64,000 nucleotides of DNA from Octopus vulgaris (taxonomy: Eukaryota): assembly GCA_951406725.2 (NCBI GenBank), contig OX597832.1, forward strand, positions 5,270,001 to 5,334,000, read 5' to 3'. Position numbers and translations under genes: made by a program. The notes beneath the pieces were generated by a model that did no database searches, was not told the origin of the DNA, and saw only the letters and a program-made list of their open reading frames with translations. The number at the start of each line of letters is the position of its first letter. Within the stretch, counting starts at the first letter, position 1. This document shows, piece by piece, positions 37,718-51,280 of the stretch.

Positions 37718-38799
37718 ATAATGTACACATACATAGATACGTGTGTGTGTTCCTGTTTTCTTGAAGAAAGAAAATGTAAGCTATAGGACTACTGACACTT
37801 TGCAGAGAACAGCAGATTTAAAAAATCTGTTTATTCATTTGTATTTTTATCTATCAAATTTCTAACACACATCATCAGCATTCTCATTGGAGTGGTCATT
37901 GAAAATCTCAGATGAAATACATCCAATCAGACCCAAATTTGAGGTTTTAGATAGTAATATGTAAGTTTTAAAATGGACTTTCAATTCTTGATGTCCTTGA
38001 TCAATTCTCAGAACAGGGATACAAATAAGTAAATAGGAAATACTTTCAATACTACAAAACATCATGTTTTAAACTACATTGATATGATATAGATTAGCAA
38101 AGATTTATGATGATAAACAGTTTGTCTGGAGTAATCTAATATATTAGAAGAATTTATAGTTGTCAGAAAGTCAGAAACCAACAATAAAAATATTTCAGTT
38201 GTATAATTGACTGCATGAGAAGTCTTACTGCACTGCAGAACATCTAGTTTTATTTTCTCTTGTCTTTAAATTGATATAGAATATTTAATTTATTTCCTTT
38301 TTGCTTAAACAGGGTGTTCTAGAATTAACTATCTGTTTCAATGAAATCGGGCAAATCTAAAAAAACAACTGACAGAATTTTATTTTTATTACTTAATTGT
38401 AATACTTAATACTTTTATTACTTAATTGTAATACCAAAACAAATTGATGTACAAATCTTACATCAAACCTTTATTTTACTGAAATAGATAGTTAATTCTA
38501 AGACATCCTGCATATGACATATCCTACATCCAGAACCTTCACCAACCACATAACCAATATGATTCCTCCATTTCAATATCAGAAATTCTTTAATCTTTAT
38601 CACATGCACTCCACAAACTAGCAAAGGAGCCTTTAGCATTCAGATCACTTTGTTAAATCTAAAATTTATCATGTATTATCTTGTAGCTTTGAGACTTTGA
38701 TGATATGGCTGTTTCGTTTTAGAATGACACAGTAGGGTATTAGATGCCAAATTTGGCCAATTTGAGCATAAAACAGGCAGAATTTTGCACGTAGCTGGA

Positions 38800-39457
38800 T
38801 GTGCAATATTCTGTGCTTGACATTTCTTGTCACCAATCACTATTTGGTCCAAACAAGGTTCATTCATGAGGCATGACAGCAAAGAAGAGCACACATTTAC
38901 CCTCTGTGTGCAATTACACTTGGAAAGTTAGTGAGGAACCCATTGACCCAATTTGCTGACTTTTCCAAAGGCACACAAGTGTCGATGAATGATTGACTGA
39001 CCAAATCCAAGCTTCTCTGCTAGTTACTCAAAAGTTACAATGGGATTTTGTTCCACCAGGGTTTGCAGGACGTCCTTGTCAAGCTCTACAGATCTTCCAG
39101 GATGAGGCTTGTCTTCTAGGCTGTAGTTCCTGGCTCGAATTTCTGGAACCACCATTGACCCTGGCTTATGCTTATTGTCACATTAATATTCCTTGCACTT
39201 TCTGTTGCGTTGTTGACTTTATTGAACTCATAAAGCAAAATATGCTGAATATGCTCCTTTGTCACTTCCATTACAGCTTTGAAAAAAATAACTTAAAATT
39301 GTACTGCACTCTTCAAAACTTGCTCTAAGAATAATAACAAGGTAAAATTACTACCTGCTTTTAAAGCAAGTTGATGCAGGTAGTTTATCCTGTCCCCCTC
39401 TGACTTTTAGTTCATGCAATTGAAAACAACGCATTATTTATGGAATGACCCAAGATA
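38800..39457 (-). mobile_element. Mariner transposon fossil (5' TIR plus frameshifted transposase N-half)
   Basis: ATG at 39271, MEVTKEHIQHILLYEFNK...NATESARNIN, then CSSLLSCLMNEPCLDQIVIGDKK (compare RIITGDEKW). TIR-like GGGTCATTCCATAAATAATGCG. Confidence 0.85.
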
Positions 39458-39564
39458 GAGTAATCCCTCACCATATCGCAGTTTATTATTTAAGTTTACG
39501 TTGATTCCTCTGTGGTGTTGTTTTGCATTTATCATAAAATAAATATATAAAAAGAAAAACAATA

Positions 39565-39733
39565 AACGTCGCCCTTTTCAAGCCTAGCCAGGCTCATGGG
39601 TCCGGCTTCCCGGTTTCTGTGGTGTATGTGTTCCCCCCAGTTGGATGGGATGCCAGACCATCACAGCGTTACTCAAGAAACAGGAAGAGAGAGTGAGAGA
39701 AAGTTGAGGCGAAAGAATACAACAAGGGTCGCC
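39565..39733 (-). mobile_element. SINE 3' fragment of another family
   Basis: GATGGGATGCCAG...CCGGTTTC motif; a related piece lies near 18370. Confidence 0.5.
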
Positions 39734-40348
39734 AACAAATTAAAAAATAATAATAAAAATATACAGCACAGTACTGTTTCTACTTTGCAGATTTTCACTT
39801 ATTGCGGGGAGTTTTGGAACGTAACAGCCACGACAGTTGAAGGATTACTGTGTAAGTAGGGAGGGGCGGCATGTGCAAGTATATAGTTCTATATGTTGGT
39901 GTGCAGACGTGATCATATAGTTTTGCGTGCATGTGTATATTGATGCAAGTGTGCACATCTGTACATGGGCATGCATGCGCACATCTGCACACACACACAC
40001 ACTTGGACAAACACGCACATGTGCACAGACATACACACGCATACATGCACACATGTATATGCATAGACACACAAGCATATTCATTCATATGCACATGTGT
40101 ATATTTGCATGCATACCAGTGTGTGTGCACATACACATTTGCATTCACACGCATGCATACGAGCATTGGAGATTGGTAAGTATTGGGAAATGCTAAGTGT
40201 TGGGGGTTGGTAAACGTTGGGGATCGGTAAATGGCGGTCCTGCTCATGGGGTTGGTTGGTAGTGGAGACTTTGGTGCAGGTGGTGCAAAGGTGGTATATC
40301 TAGGTTGTAAGCAGTCAGAGGTCTGAAATTTACCAGAAGAGCATATCT

Positions 40349-40760
40349 CTAGTGACAGTGATATAATAGACCATATTTCATGTTGAAGGATACTGCAGAT
40401 TGTTGGAGGATATGCAGTTTTTTGCAGAGGTAGAACTGGCAGTTGGGGGCACTGGGTGAATATGGTGGCACGGCACTGTTGACAATAATCCACTTGATGC
40501 TGGGTATTTCATCTTGGAGATCACAGAGTCTCCAGAGAAAATGAGACAGGGAAGTAGAGTTCTCTCTATCCCTGGATCTGAACGAGTGCATATGCTGGGA
40601 GTATCTTGCTTTGAAGGCATTAGCTGTCATACCCGCATAGTGCTTAGTAATACCATCGGATTGTATAAGGGTGGCTCTGTATACTACGACCCTTGAGAGA
40701 CAAGATCCTTTTAGAGGGTACATGGTGGGGTTTGGCAGTTGCAATCAGCTTCTGTCATTC
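40349..40760 (-). pseudogene. Penelope-like element GIY-YIG endonuclease remnant
   Basis: PLKGSCLSRVVVYRATL...KHYAGMTANAFKARYSQHMHSFR...STSLSHFLW...IKW...CQFYLCKKLHIL...HCH, matching the PLE GIY-YIG architecture. Confidence 0.85.
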
Positions 40761-40825
40761 AAATTCAAAATGGCTTATGACTAGCATTGTGCATGAAACA
40801 CAAGAGTACCAACGAATTTGAATCA

Positions 40826-40867
<42 letters not shown>

Positions 40868-40872
40868 GCATA

Positions 40873-41730
40873 CAGAGTGTGATGAGTAAATCATTGCTAT
40901 TTCATATTTTTAATTTTGCGCATGTACATTGTTTGTTTTTGATTTTGTTGACTATACAGTATAGTAGGGTCAGTTGAGCACCATCTATGAGAAAAACAGC
41001 ACCATGACACAACTCATTCTGCCAGAAATTTGGAAATGACATGCTGTACTGCTTGGCATTCACACTGGAAGTTCCAATACAAACATTTCAAGTGTTTGGG
41101 TGTCAAGCTGAGGACATGTACTGAGAGTGATAAAGATCAAACAACAAGTCAACATCATGGTGTTTGGAGTGATCACTAGTGATGACAATGTTATGTCTCC
41201 ATTCATCTTCCCACACAACCTCAGATTCAACACAGAGGCCTACATCAAGTGCCTGGAGAGAGTAGTGTTGCTCTGGGTCTAGAAGATGGCTACTGGAAGA
41301 CCCTGTGTCTGACTACAGGACTCTGCACCACACCACACAGTCATGGCTGTCAGACAATTTCTGTGACCACATCACGCCTAACATCTGGCCACCTAACTCT
41401 CCACACTGCAACCCTCTTGATTATTATGTGTGGGACACAGGTGAGTGAGAGACCAACAAAATTCCTTGTAACACCAAAGATGAACTAAAAGCAAGGATTA
41501 TAGCAGCATTCACCAACTTAAACAAGGAGACCGCCCAGAAGAGTTGCAGGAGGTTCCAAAGTCGTCTGGAGTCCATGGTTGAAGCCAATGGCGATTTTAT
41601 CGAATAAAGTTACTTTTTAGTATTCCAAGATATTTTTGTGCAATTTTGGTAAATATATCTGTTAAAATGAGATGTCAGTGTTATTTTCATTTTTGCTTAA
41701 TTTTGATGACAGTTTATTCCCCACACCCTG
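40873..41730 (+). mobile_element. Internally deleted Tc1/mariner element (maT/DD37D-like)
   Basis: TIRs CAGAGTGTGATGAGTAAA / TTTATTCCCCACACCCTG. Remnant IMVFGVITSD...QDSAP...WPPNSPHCNPLDYYVW...VEANGDFIE*. Confidence 0.85.
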
Positions 41731-43222
41731 TGTGTGTGTGTGTGTGTTTGTCCCTCATCACTTGACAACCAATGGTGGTAAGTTTACATTCCTGTAACTT
41801 AGCAGTTTGGCAAAAGAGACCAACAGAATATGTACCAAGCTTTAAAAAGTAAGTACAGGGGTCGCTACATTTGACTAAAAATTCTTCAAAGCAGTGCCCC
41901 AGCATGGCCTCAGTCTAATGACTGAAACAAGTAAAAGATAAATGATAATGCAGTCAAAGACAGAGAAAGAAGGATTGTTACATGGCTAGAAACTTTTTGA
42001 TCACGGGCATGGTCAATCAGTTTTGACCTGTGGCTAAACAACATCCCCTCCTCCAAGTTGTTGACTGTTCACCATTTCCTTGCAGCAAATCTCTCTTACA
42101 TACTGATACAAGTGGAATACCTGTTTCTGTATGGACAGGGAGAGATTTATTATTAAACTTAGAGCTTTCTATTTTGTGTTAAATTAACTAATTACATGTA
42201 TTTTTAATTATTTACTTGTCCATGAAACTCATTATCTGAATTTTCGATTTTTTACACATTATTTGCAACAGTATACCATTTGGCACAAGAGTAGAATTTT
42301 CATCTCTTGTAATTTCACTTAAACACACACACACACACACATCAGAGAAAGTTTGTACACCTCTTTCATAATCAGCACACCTGTTTCTATCCTCTTTCTT
42401 GCTACCTCTCTTCTTCTCACTCACTCTCTCTCCCCCTCCTCCTCCTCTCTCTCTGGCCAGGTAAACATATACCTCCTCTATAGCAAGACATCTGTTTCTG
42501 CCTCTCTGTCTCTCTGTCACACTCTAACCTTTCATCATCTGACACAAGATCACTTCCTCCAATGCCCCTCTCAAAATTTCTTGTCTTGCAAGTTAATTGG
42601 TGACCCTGCCAATGTTGGTGCCATGTAAAAAGCACCCAGTCCACACTATGAAGTGACTGGCATTTGGAAGGACATCCAGTTGTAAAAACCATGCCAAAAC
42701 TGATCTCACATAAAAAGCACTCGGTCCACTCTACGGGACGGCTGGTGTTAGGAAGGGCAACCAGCTGTAAAAACCATGCCAAAACAGACACAGTAGCCTG
42801 GGGGTAGTCTCCTGTGAAACCATCCAACCCATGTCAGCATGGAAGGTGGATGTTAAACGATGATAATAATGATGATCTGAGAAAATTAGAGGGTCCTGAG
42901 AGGCTGACATGAGAATGTTTGTGATTCCCAAAGCTGTGATGAGTATAGCTATTCAATATTATATAGGCTGGGGCTCATTGCAACTCTTCACATTATTTCT
43001 ATATCACTGCAATAGATGCAGACATTGCTGTGAGGTTGAGAAACTTGCTTTCCAACTATGTGATCTTTGGCTTCAGTCCCACAACGTGGTACCTTGGGCA
43101 AATGCCTTCTACTTATAGCCCTGGGATGACCAAAGCCTTGTCAGTGGATTTGGTAGTTGGAAACTTAAAGAAGCCTGTCATATACATACATATATATTTA
43201 TATACATATATGTGCATGCGTA

Positions 43223-43257
<35 letters not shown>

Positions 43258-45205
43258 CGGACTCTCCCATCGGTTTTGACATATGAGGCTCCAACAACGT
43301 ACTCTTTCTTTGTCACTCATAATGTTTATGTCGAATGTGACATTTAAGTCCTGCCAATAATTTGCAAAGAAGGCCACAGATGTTGCAAGTATGAGGATTA
43401 TAGGTCAGTGCAGGTGGTATATTTGCAACCACTTTTCTCCTTTGCCTTGTACCCCGAAGCCTGTTAATGCTGGTTGCAACAAAGTTTTTAATACCATTTT
43501 GACACAACAATCTCCAATTTGTTTGTACCAAAGCTGTTTACTCAAAGGTGTCGTGAGCTACCTTCATCTCTGACAGGTTATTCTTCAGTTTGTCCTTATA
43601 TCTGAGCCATGGTTGACCAATATTCCTCTGCCTACTCTCAAGCTGGTTGTACATGAATACTTTGGGTATTCTTTTGTCACTCATTCTGATCACATGGTCA
43701 GCCCAGTGCAATTGTGATTGTATAAGGAAGCTCTCAATTCCACCAATCTCACACTTGCTAAACAAGATGGCATTAGAAACTTTATCTTTTAGTGAATAAC
43801 TGCAGATTGTCCTCAGACAGTCTTTGTGGAACATGTCCAGTTGGTTAATGTGTCGTCTATAGGGTGTCCATGATTCTGAGCCATACAAGAGAGTAGTAAG
43901 AATGGCTGTTTTATAGACCTGTACTTTGGTGTCAAGTTTGATGCCCCTTTCATCCCATAGGTGATGATGGAGTTTACCAAAAGCATTGGTTGCCTTTGCA
44001 AGACAGTTGACGCTTTTTATCAAGGAAAGCACTCAAATTCACTTTTGCTATCAAGATATGTAAATGACTTCACATAATTTAGGCTTTTCCCATCAAGGAA
44101 AATTGTGAACCAGTGGCCTCTGCTTGACACCTTATATTTGTTTAGGAGAAGGGCGCACGTTTGGTGGATTACTTCTGTCTTCTTTATGCCGATGGCCAAA
44201 CCAAAGGCTTTACATGCAGCAGAAAATTAGTCTAGATGTTTCTGAGCTTCCTCTAAAGAGGTCGCTACTAGTGCAGTATCATCTGCAAAAAGTAGATCAC
44301 AAATGATGCTGGTACATAGCAGTGTTCTGACTTTGAAATTCTGATGATTGAATAGTCCACCACTTGTTCGAAACTGGAATTTGACACCACTTTGTATGTT
44401 GCCAAAAGCATATCTCAGCATCAGTGAAAAGAAGAGTGCAAACAAAATAGGGGCCATAACACAACCTTGCTTTGTGCCATTTGTAATATCGAAGGAAGTC
44501 AAAGATTACCCATTAGACATGACAGCAGCCACCTTCATTCCCTCATGAAAGGAGATGATAACATTCAATATCTTGTCAGGTATACTGAGCTTTTTCAGAA
44601 CTTTCCAGAGAATATGCTGGCTAACAGTATCGAAGGCCTTAGTAAGGTCAATGAATATCAAGAACAACTCTTGATTTTTCTCATGCACCTTCTCCATGAC
44701 CTGCCAGAAGGAAAAGATCAAGTTGATAGTGCCACGACTAGAGCGAAATCCACACTGTGATTCTGGATAGATATCATTTACATGTTTGATGATCCTGTCA
44801 AGAATGAGTCAAGCAAGAATCTTACCAGCAATAGACAGAAGCGATATTCCATGATGATTATCACAGACACTTCTCTTTCCTTTGTTCTTATACAAATGTT
44901 GAATTCAGGCATCCTCGAAGTCCTGTGGTACACAGCCTACCTTCCAAATGTTTATGAAGAGGTTATGCAGTTTCTTATAATGTTTCTGTCCACCATGTTC
45001 GTAAATTTCAGGAGGGATAGCATCCCTGCCAGGTACTTTACCAGAAGAGATCTGTTTAATAGAGTTTACCATTTCCAGGAAGGTTGGCTCCAGAGACAGT
45101 TCCGATATTAAAGTGTGCTGTAGAACAGACATTATGACATCATCATTAGTGACTGAGGTGGAGTTCAACACAGCTGCAAACTGATCTTTTGATTATTTCC
45201 ATTGT
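43258..45205 (-). mobile_element. 5'-truncated, frameshifted RTE-clade LINE (RT plus C-terminal C2H2 finger)
   Basis: GKVPGRDAIPPE; FIDLTKAFDTV; GTKQGCVMAPILF; LLFADDTAL; LLYGSESW; QLHWADHVIRM; HTCNICGLLCK...HIRHKH. Confidence 0.95.
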
Positions 45206-45460
45206 TTTATATCGCATTTATATTATATTTACATGTGTGTGTGTGTGTGTATATACATATAGGTCAGTGCAGGTGGTATATTTGCAACTGCTTTTCTCCT
45301 TTGCCTTGTACCCCGAAGCCTGTTAATGCTGGGTTGCAACAAAGTTTTTAATACTATTTTGACACAACAATCTCCAATTTGTTTGTACCAAGGCTGTTTA
45401 CACACACACACACACATATATATATATGTATATATGTGTGTGTATATATATATGTGTGTT

Positions 45461-45491
<31 letters not shown>

Positions 45492-45582
45492 GCATGTATG
45501 TGTGTGTATATATATGTGTGTGTGTATATATGTGTGTGTGTATATGTGTGTGTATATGTGTTTATATATATATATATATATA

Positions 45583-45981
45583 CTAGCAGTATCGCCCGGC
45601 GTTGCTCGGGTTTGTAAGGGAAATAACTATATAAGCATTTTTAGAGAGTTATAGCCAAAAAATAGCAAAAAAATGCATTAAAAATTGAAAAAAAATTAAG
45701 GTAAATTTTTTTTTTTAATCGTTGACACATCGTAGATATTTTTAGAGAGTTACTTCCCTTATATAATAGCGAAAAAATGCATTAAAATGGAAAAAGTATG
45801 ATGGTAAATTTTTTTTAAATCGTAGACTCATCGTAGACGCGCGCTAATACCCAGAAGGGCTCGATATGAATCACGACTATAAGATACCCGCTTTTGGTTA
45901 AACTGCACCGCAAAATGTGGGAGTAGTTAGGAATCTAAATCGTAGGAGACAGACACACAACTTCACTTTTATATATAAAGA
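45583..45981 (-). mobile_element. Complete non-autonomous Helitron
   Basis: A|TCTTTATATATAAAAG 5' end. The 3' hairpin CCCGAGCAACGCCGGG is followed by CTAG|T. No TSD, with an internal ~100-bp tandem duplication. Confidence 0.85.
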
Positions 45982-46093
45982 TATAAGCCACGTAGTTATA
46001 TACACATACTTTGTTATATACACATTCTTAAAAGAAAATGTTATTTTGAACACAACATTTACAAAGAATAAAATATTTTTTGGTTTTGCTTAA

Positions 46094-47146
46094 CCCTTTC
46101 GTTACTATATTTCTGACCAAAATACACCCCTTATGTATTTCAATTATTTTCTAACGTAATCATAAATTTAATCTGGTTTAATTAAACAACTATAACTTTT
46201 TTATTTATCAATATATTGACATGAATTTTGGAAGATAATTTAATGAAATGTTCTCAACCAATTCTATACTATAATTTTTGTCACAAAGTGACTCTAATTG
46301 CAGGTAGATACAGGTAAATTCAACAATATATAAAATTATTAAAATTTTGTTCAAACATCGCTATAGAAAATGGGTTATTAGCTAATATTCAATTGGGTAT
46401 ACAACAAAATTTTACGATAGAATTTGTTATTCTGGGTAACTTTCTGATACCCATAATAATATTTATGGCAAAATAGTCTTAATTTCATTTAAGGTTATGG
46501 GAAACTACTAACTATCCTTTCTTTCGCTTTGTTTACGTTTAGCGTAACGGTTCGTTTCCGCCGTAATGATTTCAAATGGGCTCATTCGAAAAAGTAAATA
46601 GAAATAGCCTAAGGCTTTACTCTCTTGGGAAAGTCTGTGGCTTGGTCCAGTTTCTTCAGAAAAATCACCGAAAGAAACAGTTTTTAAATTTTCACTCCAT
46701 TCAGGTGTCAATTCATTTTCTTTATCTCGGATTCACTGTTTTCACTTTCGGAAAATGAAACATCAGATTCATTATCAAATACCACATGCTTTTTTTTTTC
46801 AGTCATAGAGTTAGATTTATGAAGGTCTTCAGTAGAAAATCCTTCGAATTCTGACTCGCTGCTTGATATAATGAAATTCGTATCCATTTTTTGTCAGAAT
46901 TACAAATTTTGAAAACACAATAGGAACAAATTTCGGAAAAAAATCTCCCATAATTCACGGAATTAAAATTACACTTCGATTATTGTACAAAACTGTAATT
47001 GAACTGTTTACAAAGTATAATACGTGTTTTCACGAATGTACTAAAGAGATTTACTCTGATATTCTCATTTAAATATGAATAGGTAAATTCGGGCGGCTTG
47101 GTCACATTAACCAAAATTTTTTTCGGGCGGTTTGGTAACGAAAGGG
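46094..47146 (-). mobile_element. Internally deleted piggyBac transposon
   Basis: TTAA|CCCTTTCGTTAC...GTAACGAAAGGG|TTAA. Transposase N-terminus runs from ATG 46887 (MDTNFIISSSESEFEGFS...) to YFYLLF..FEIITAETNRYA. Confidence 0.9.
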
Positions 47147-47150
47147 TTAA

Positions 47151-47737
47151 ACGGATGCATACATTTATTAATAACTATATATAAGTGTCGTCTGTTTATA
47201 CATAAACACTGTTTCATACTGCAATTATATATACATATATTTATATATAATATTATATAATAAAATATATACAGAGTAAAATAAAAACCAATTTACCTTT
47301 TCTGTATTGTTATAGCAATTCGACCGTCCGTGTGTCTTTGCAAATATGTTGGAATGATAAGTAAGTTGTGTTTTGGCGCCTTTTTTACTAATAACAAACA
47401 CACACGTGTTTGTATGTAGTTGTATCACATTCTATTGTCTACCTGTCAACACACACACACAGTGAATTACTTTCACTTTATTCGTTGCACACTGTGTGTG
47501 TGCGTGTGCGTGTGCTGTAAACCTCACTAAGAAAAGCATTTGACATACACACCAGAATGTGAGTTTTCTGTAAATTTTGCTTAATTGGAGTTGAAATTTT
47601 AAAGACTGGACCTGGCATGACCCGATGCATTCTACTCTTAAAAATGCTAGGTAAATTGTAATTGAAGAAATCCTATATTGTAGATTTCTATAACTGACAA
47701 AGGGAGGCAGATAAAATCTGCCTTTTATAATAAGAGA
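47151..47737 (-). mobile_element. Helitron-like 5' portion
   Basis: A|TCTCTTATTATAAAAGGCAGATTTTATCTGCC start. The extent is approximate. Confidence 0.45.
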
Positions 47738-47989
47738 TACGTGTGTGTGTGTATATATATGTGTATATATATATATTTACATACATACACTCTGTGAAGT
47801 AATTGACATCAGGAAGGGCATCCAGCTGTAGAAACCATGCCAAAACAGACAATTGGTGCCTGGTGCAGCTCTCTGACTTGCCAGCTCCTATCAAACCATC
47901 CACCTCATGCCAGTATGGAAAGCTGACATGAAATGATGATGATTTTGATATATAGACAAATACACACACATAGTATATATGTGTACAAA

Positions 47990-48556
47990 CAGCCATGCTA
48001 CATGACAGTGTGCATGTATGACAGAGTGTGAGCAGCTTAAGAGAAAAGTTGGGCATAAGAGGCATTAGATGTAGTGTGCAAGAGAGATGATTGCACCGGT
48101 ATGGTCATGTGATGCATATGGATGAGGACAGTTGGAGGGAACCTGTGGTAGTGGTATACCCAGGAAGACATGGGGCAAAGTGGTGAAGCATGATCTTTGA
48201 ATGCTGGGCCTCATGGAGGTGATGACAAGTGACTGAGACCTTTGGCGATATGCTGTGCTTGGGAAGACTTGTCAAACCATGTGAAATCATAGTCATGGCC
48301 AATGCCAGTGCCACGTGACTGGTACCCATGCCAGTGGCGCATAAAAGCACCCATGCTGGTGGCACATTAGAAACATCCATTACACTATTTGAGTGGTTGG
48401 CATTAGGAAGGGCATCCAGCCATAGAAACCATGCCAAACCAGACTGAAACTTGGTGCATCTCTCCAGCATGCTAGTTCCAGCCAAACCATGCCAGCATGG
48501 AAAGCAGACACTAAATAATGATGATAATGATGATGATGATGATGATGATGATGATG
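47990..48556 (+). mobile_element. RTE LINE 3' end
   Basis: LREKLGIRGIRCSVQER..HRYGHVMHMDEDS...PRKTW, with a long (GAT)n tail. Confidence 0.85.
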
Positions 48557-48947
48557 TGCGTGTGTGTGAGTGTACCATTGTCTAGACATCACATTATAGT
48601 TGTAAATGTAAATCATTGACACACAAGCAAGGGTATTTATTTTCAGTTTCCATGAAAAAAGATATCTAGCCAAGGGGAAATATTAACTTGCTTGGAAACA
48701 GGTGAGATTTGACAACAGGAAGGGCATCCAATATCTTTCTGTTCCGATATATTTCATCTGACCCATGCAAGCATGGAAATGTGGACATTAAATTATGATA
48801 GTGATGGATGAAAGAAGTACGTATATTGCAGTTCCAGTAGTTGGTTGCCCTGGGTTTCCTCTGAGTGAGCACTCCAGTTTCCACACATTATAAGGATGAT
48901 TTTATTTCCAAGAGCAGTTTATCTCCCAATACACCAGTCACATTTAA

Positions 48948-49157
48948 CTATTTTGATACCAACCTATCAAAAAATGCCCTTGATCCTGTGATGCAAACTT
49001 CCTTTATTATAGTGACATTAATTAAAACTTTCCACTAAAATTTCAGGTTAATTTTTGTTCCAAATAATGACAAAGTGATCTTAAATTATTCATTATTTTC
49101 AAATTCAATTGAAACAAAGGCAGTGTATTTCAATAGAAATATGGTAAAGAAAAGGGG
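48948..49157. mobile_element. piggyBac-type MITE
   Basis: TTAA on both sides; inverted homolog of 32527-32919. Confidence 0.65.
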
Positions 49158-49351
49158 TTAAAGGAGAGGAGTGGAGGTTCAAGGGAGATAGGACAAATGG
49201 CAGGGTCAGAGTGTAGAAGGTGGAAGTTGCAAAGGATGGTGTAGTGAAGTTGAAGATGAGGGTAAGGAAATGCAGTCAAGTGGTGGTGGTGGTGGAACAC
49301 TGAGACAGTGATTGCTGTTGATAGCTCAGACTTGGTGGTGGGTTACATTCA

Positions 49352-49630
49352 TTACAGGTTGGTGGTAATCCTGAGCAAAGAAAAAGAGGTGGGTATTTGA
49401 AGCAGCTTGGTTTGAAGCCAGAATCTCTGCTTCAAGGGTAAATGGAAAAGCAGGAACTGACAGAGGCAAGGGGTAAAGTTGTTGGTGTGAGTGGGAAAGG
49501 AGGAAGAAAAATTGTGGTAATCAGGGAAGTTGGTTGGTTTATAAAAGATGGAGGGAGAGAGGTGGGAGAGTGTTGTTTGAAACAGAGATACCAAAGAAAT
49601 TAACAGAGATATCTGAGATGTTGAAAATGG
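49352..49630 (-). pseudogene. Penelope-like RT C-terminal/thumb remnant
   Basis: FNISDISVNFFGISVSNNTL, then a frameshift to SIFYKPTNFPDYHNFSSSFPTHT...CQFL (compare FLD...T.VY.KPT...YL...S.HP...IP.SQF.R). Confidence 0.7.
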
Positions 49631-51280
49631 ATTCCACAATTTATCCAATCTATTTAATATATTTCAAATTTTGGCAGAGGCTAAGTTGGTTACATCGACC
49701 CCAGTTTTCTCAACCCTAAAATGATGAAAGGTAAAGTCAACCTTGGTGGTGTTTGAACCTAGACCATGAAGATGGAGAAAATGCTGCTAAGCATTTTACC
49801 TGGCATGCTAACGATTCTGCCAGTTAGTCACCTACCAACATATTTAATATCACTGTAAATAAAATTGGGCCTAATGAAGGCCATTTCAACAGCTTGAGAT
49901 AAAGAGCAAAAAATTATTTATCAAATTGTAAAATAAAACTTGTAATTGACGCAACTCATTTCCATAATGATACAATGTGATAGAAAAATAATTATTAATG
50001 AACCAATTCACTGTGGATTATAGATAATTATATAGACTTCATTAGGCCTTATTTGAAGGCAACAATAATATAAACTTATGGCAATTAATTTTGTACATTC
50101 ATTCATTTATTGTAATGAAGGCTGCATTGGTATATGATATAATATATTGGGTAGGAATAAAAAGTTATCCAAACCAAAGATATCACTATTATTTTCATAT
50201 TAGCCAGCATCAGAACATCTTATATGGTTATGTGAAAGGGTATGGATCATTGCATCTTGAATGCTTCTAGCACTCTCTCTTGAACATGTCTTCATTTGAC
50301 TGTCAAAAGCACAACAGCTATGCAACATCAATACATACCAGAAGACTTAATCTACTTAGAAATAAACACTATAGTTAAATAAGTACATTTTATGGCATAT
50401 ATTTTCCCCTACTTCTATTCGTAGCTAGTTTGCATTATGAGAATATAAATTGACTTCAGTATGTAGTATGTCATAAATAAATAATGTTCAAATGATTTTG
50501 ATAATCAACTCACTTAAGTCTTTATTTAATCTAAGTTTAGCCACAGTAACTTGAAGTTTTAGAGTTTCACCTAAGTAGTTTTAAGTAGTCAAAACCTTGG
50601 TTTGTATCAATGGAAACAGGCACCAATGTGTCTGTGATTTTCGATTGGTTAAAATTACCTAAAATTTGTAAACTTTAAAAGCTATTAACTTTTTTTTTAC
50701 TAATTTGTCACAAAAATGAATTTCATTTCCATAATTAGCTTACAAAACTACACCAGTACACCAACTTTGAAAACAATATTTAAAAAATGAAGGGTTAGCA
50801 TCAGGGCTAGAATTAGGATTTAGGGATGGTGTTTAGGGTCAGACTGAACAGTGGCTGACCTGGGGTTAATCAATTAGCAACATATTCTAAGTGAAAATTT
50901 TTCTGGAACAAGTGAATAGCAAAATTTGGTTCAGCATAAAAAATTACATTAATGTAGCAAATTTGTAATCTTTCACTTAATATTAAAATTTTAAAACCTG
51001 GACAGCAACAGAAAAGACCCCATATGACTCCATTCATTTAAACTTATTAAAACTTCTTAATAAAACTTGAATAAAACTTATTAAAACCTCTTACAATTAC
51101 TGCCATTGTAATATATTTCTTTCATTTTGCTTAATAAAATTTGTTGTTAGTAATGTTGTGATAGACAACTATCACGCAGAAAATGCCAGCTTCCAAATTC
51201 CATTTGGGTAGAAATGATCAAAGTTTAAACCTTTCTAACATTTTTCTAAAATTTTTCTGGAACAAATGAAGAACAAAATC

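Noticed and set aside
39795-40493. 232-aa ORF
   Set aside because: It is off-frame of the PLE endonuclease and runs through a low-complexity RY tract.
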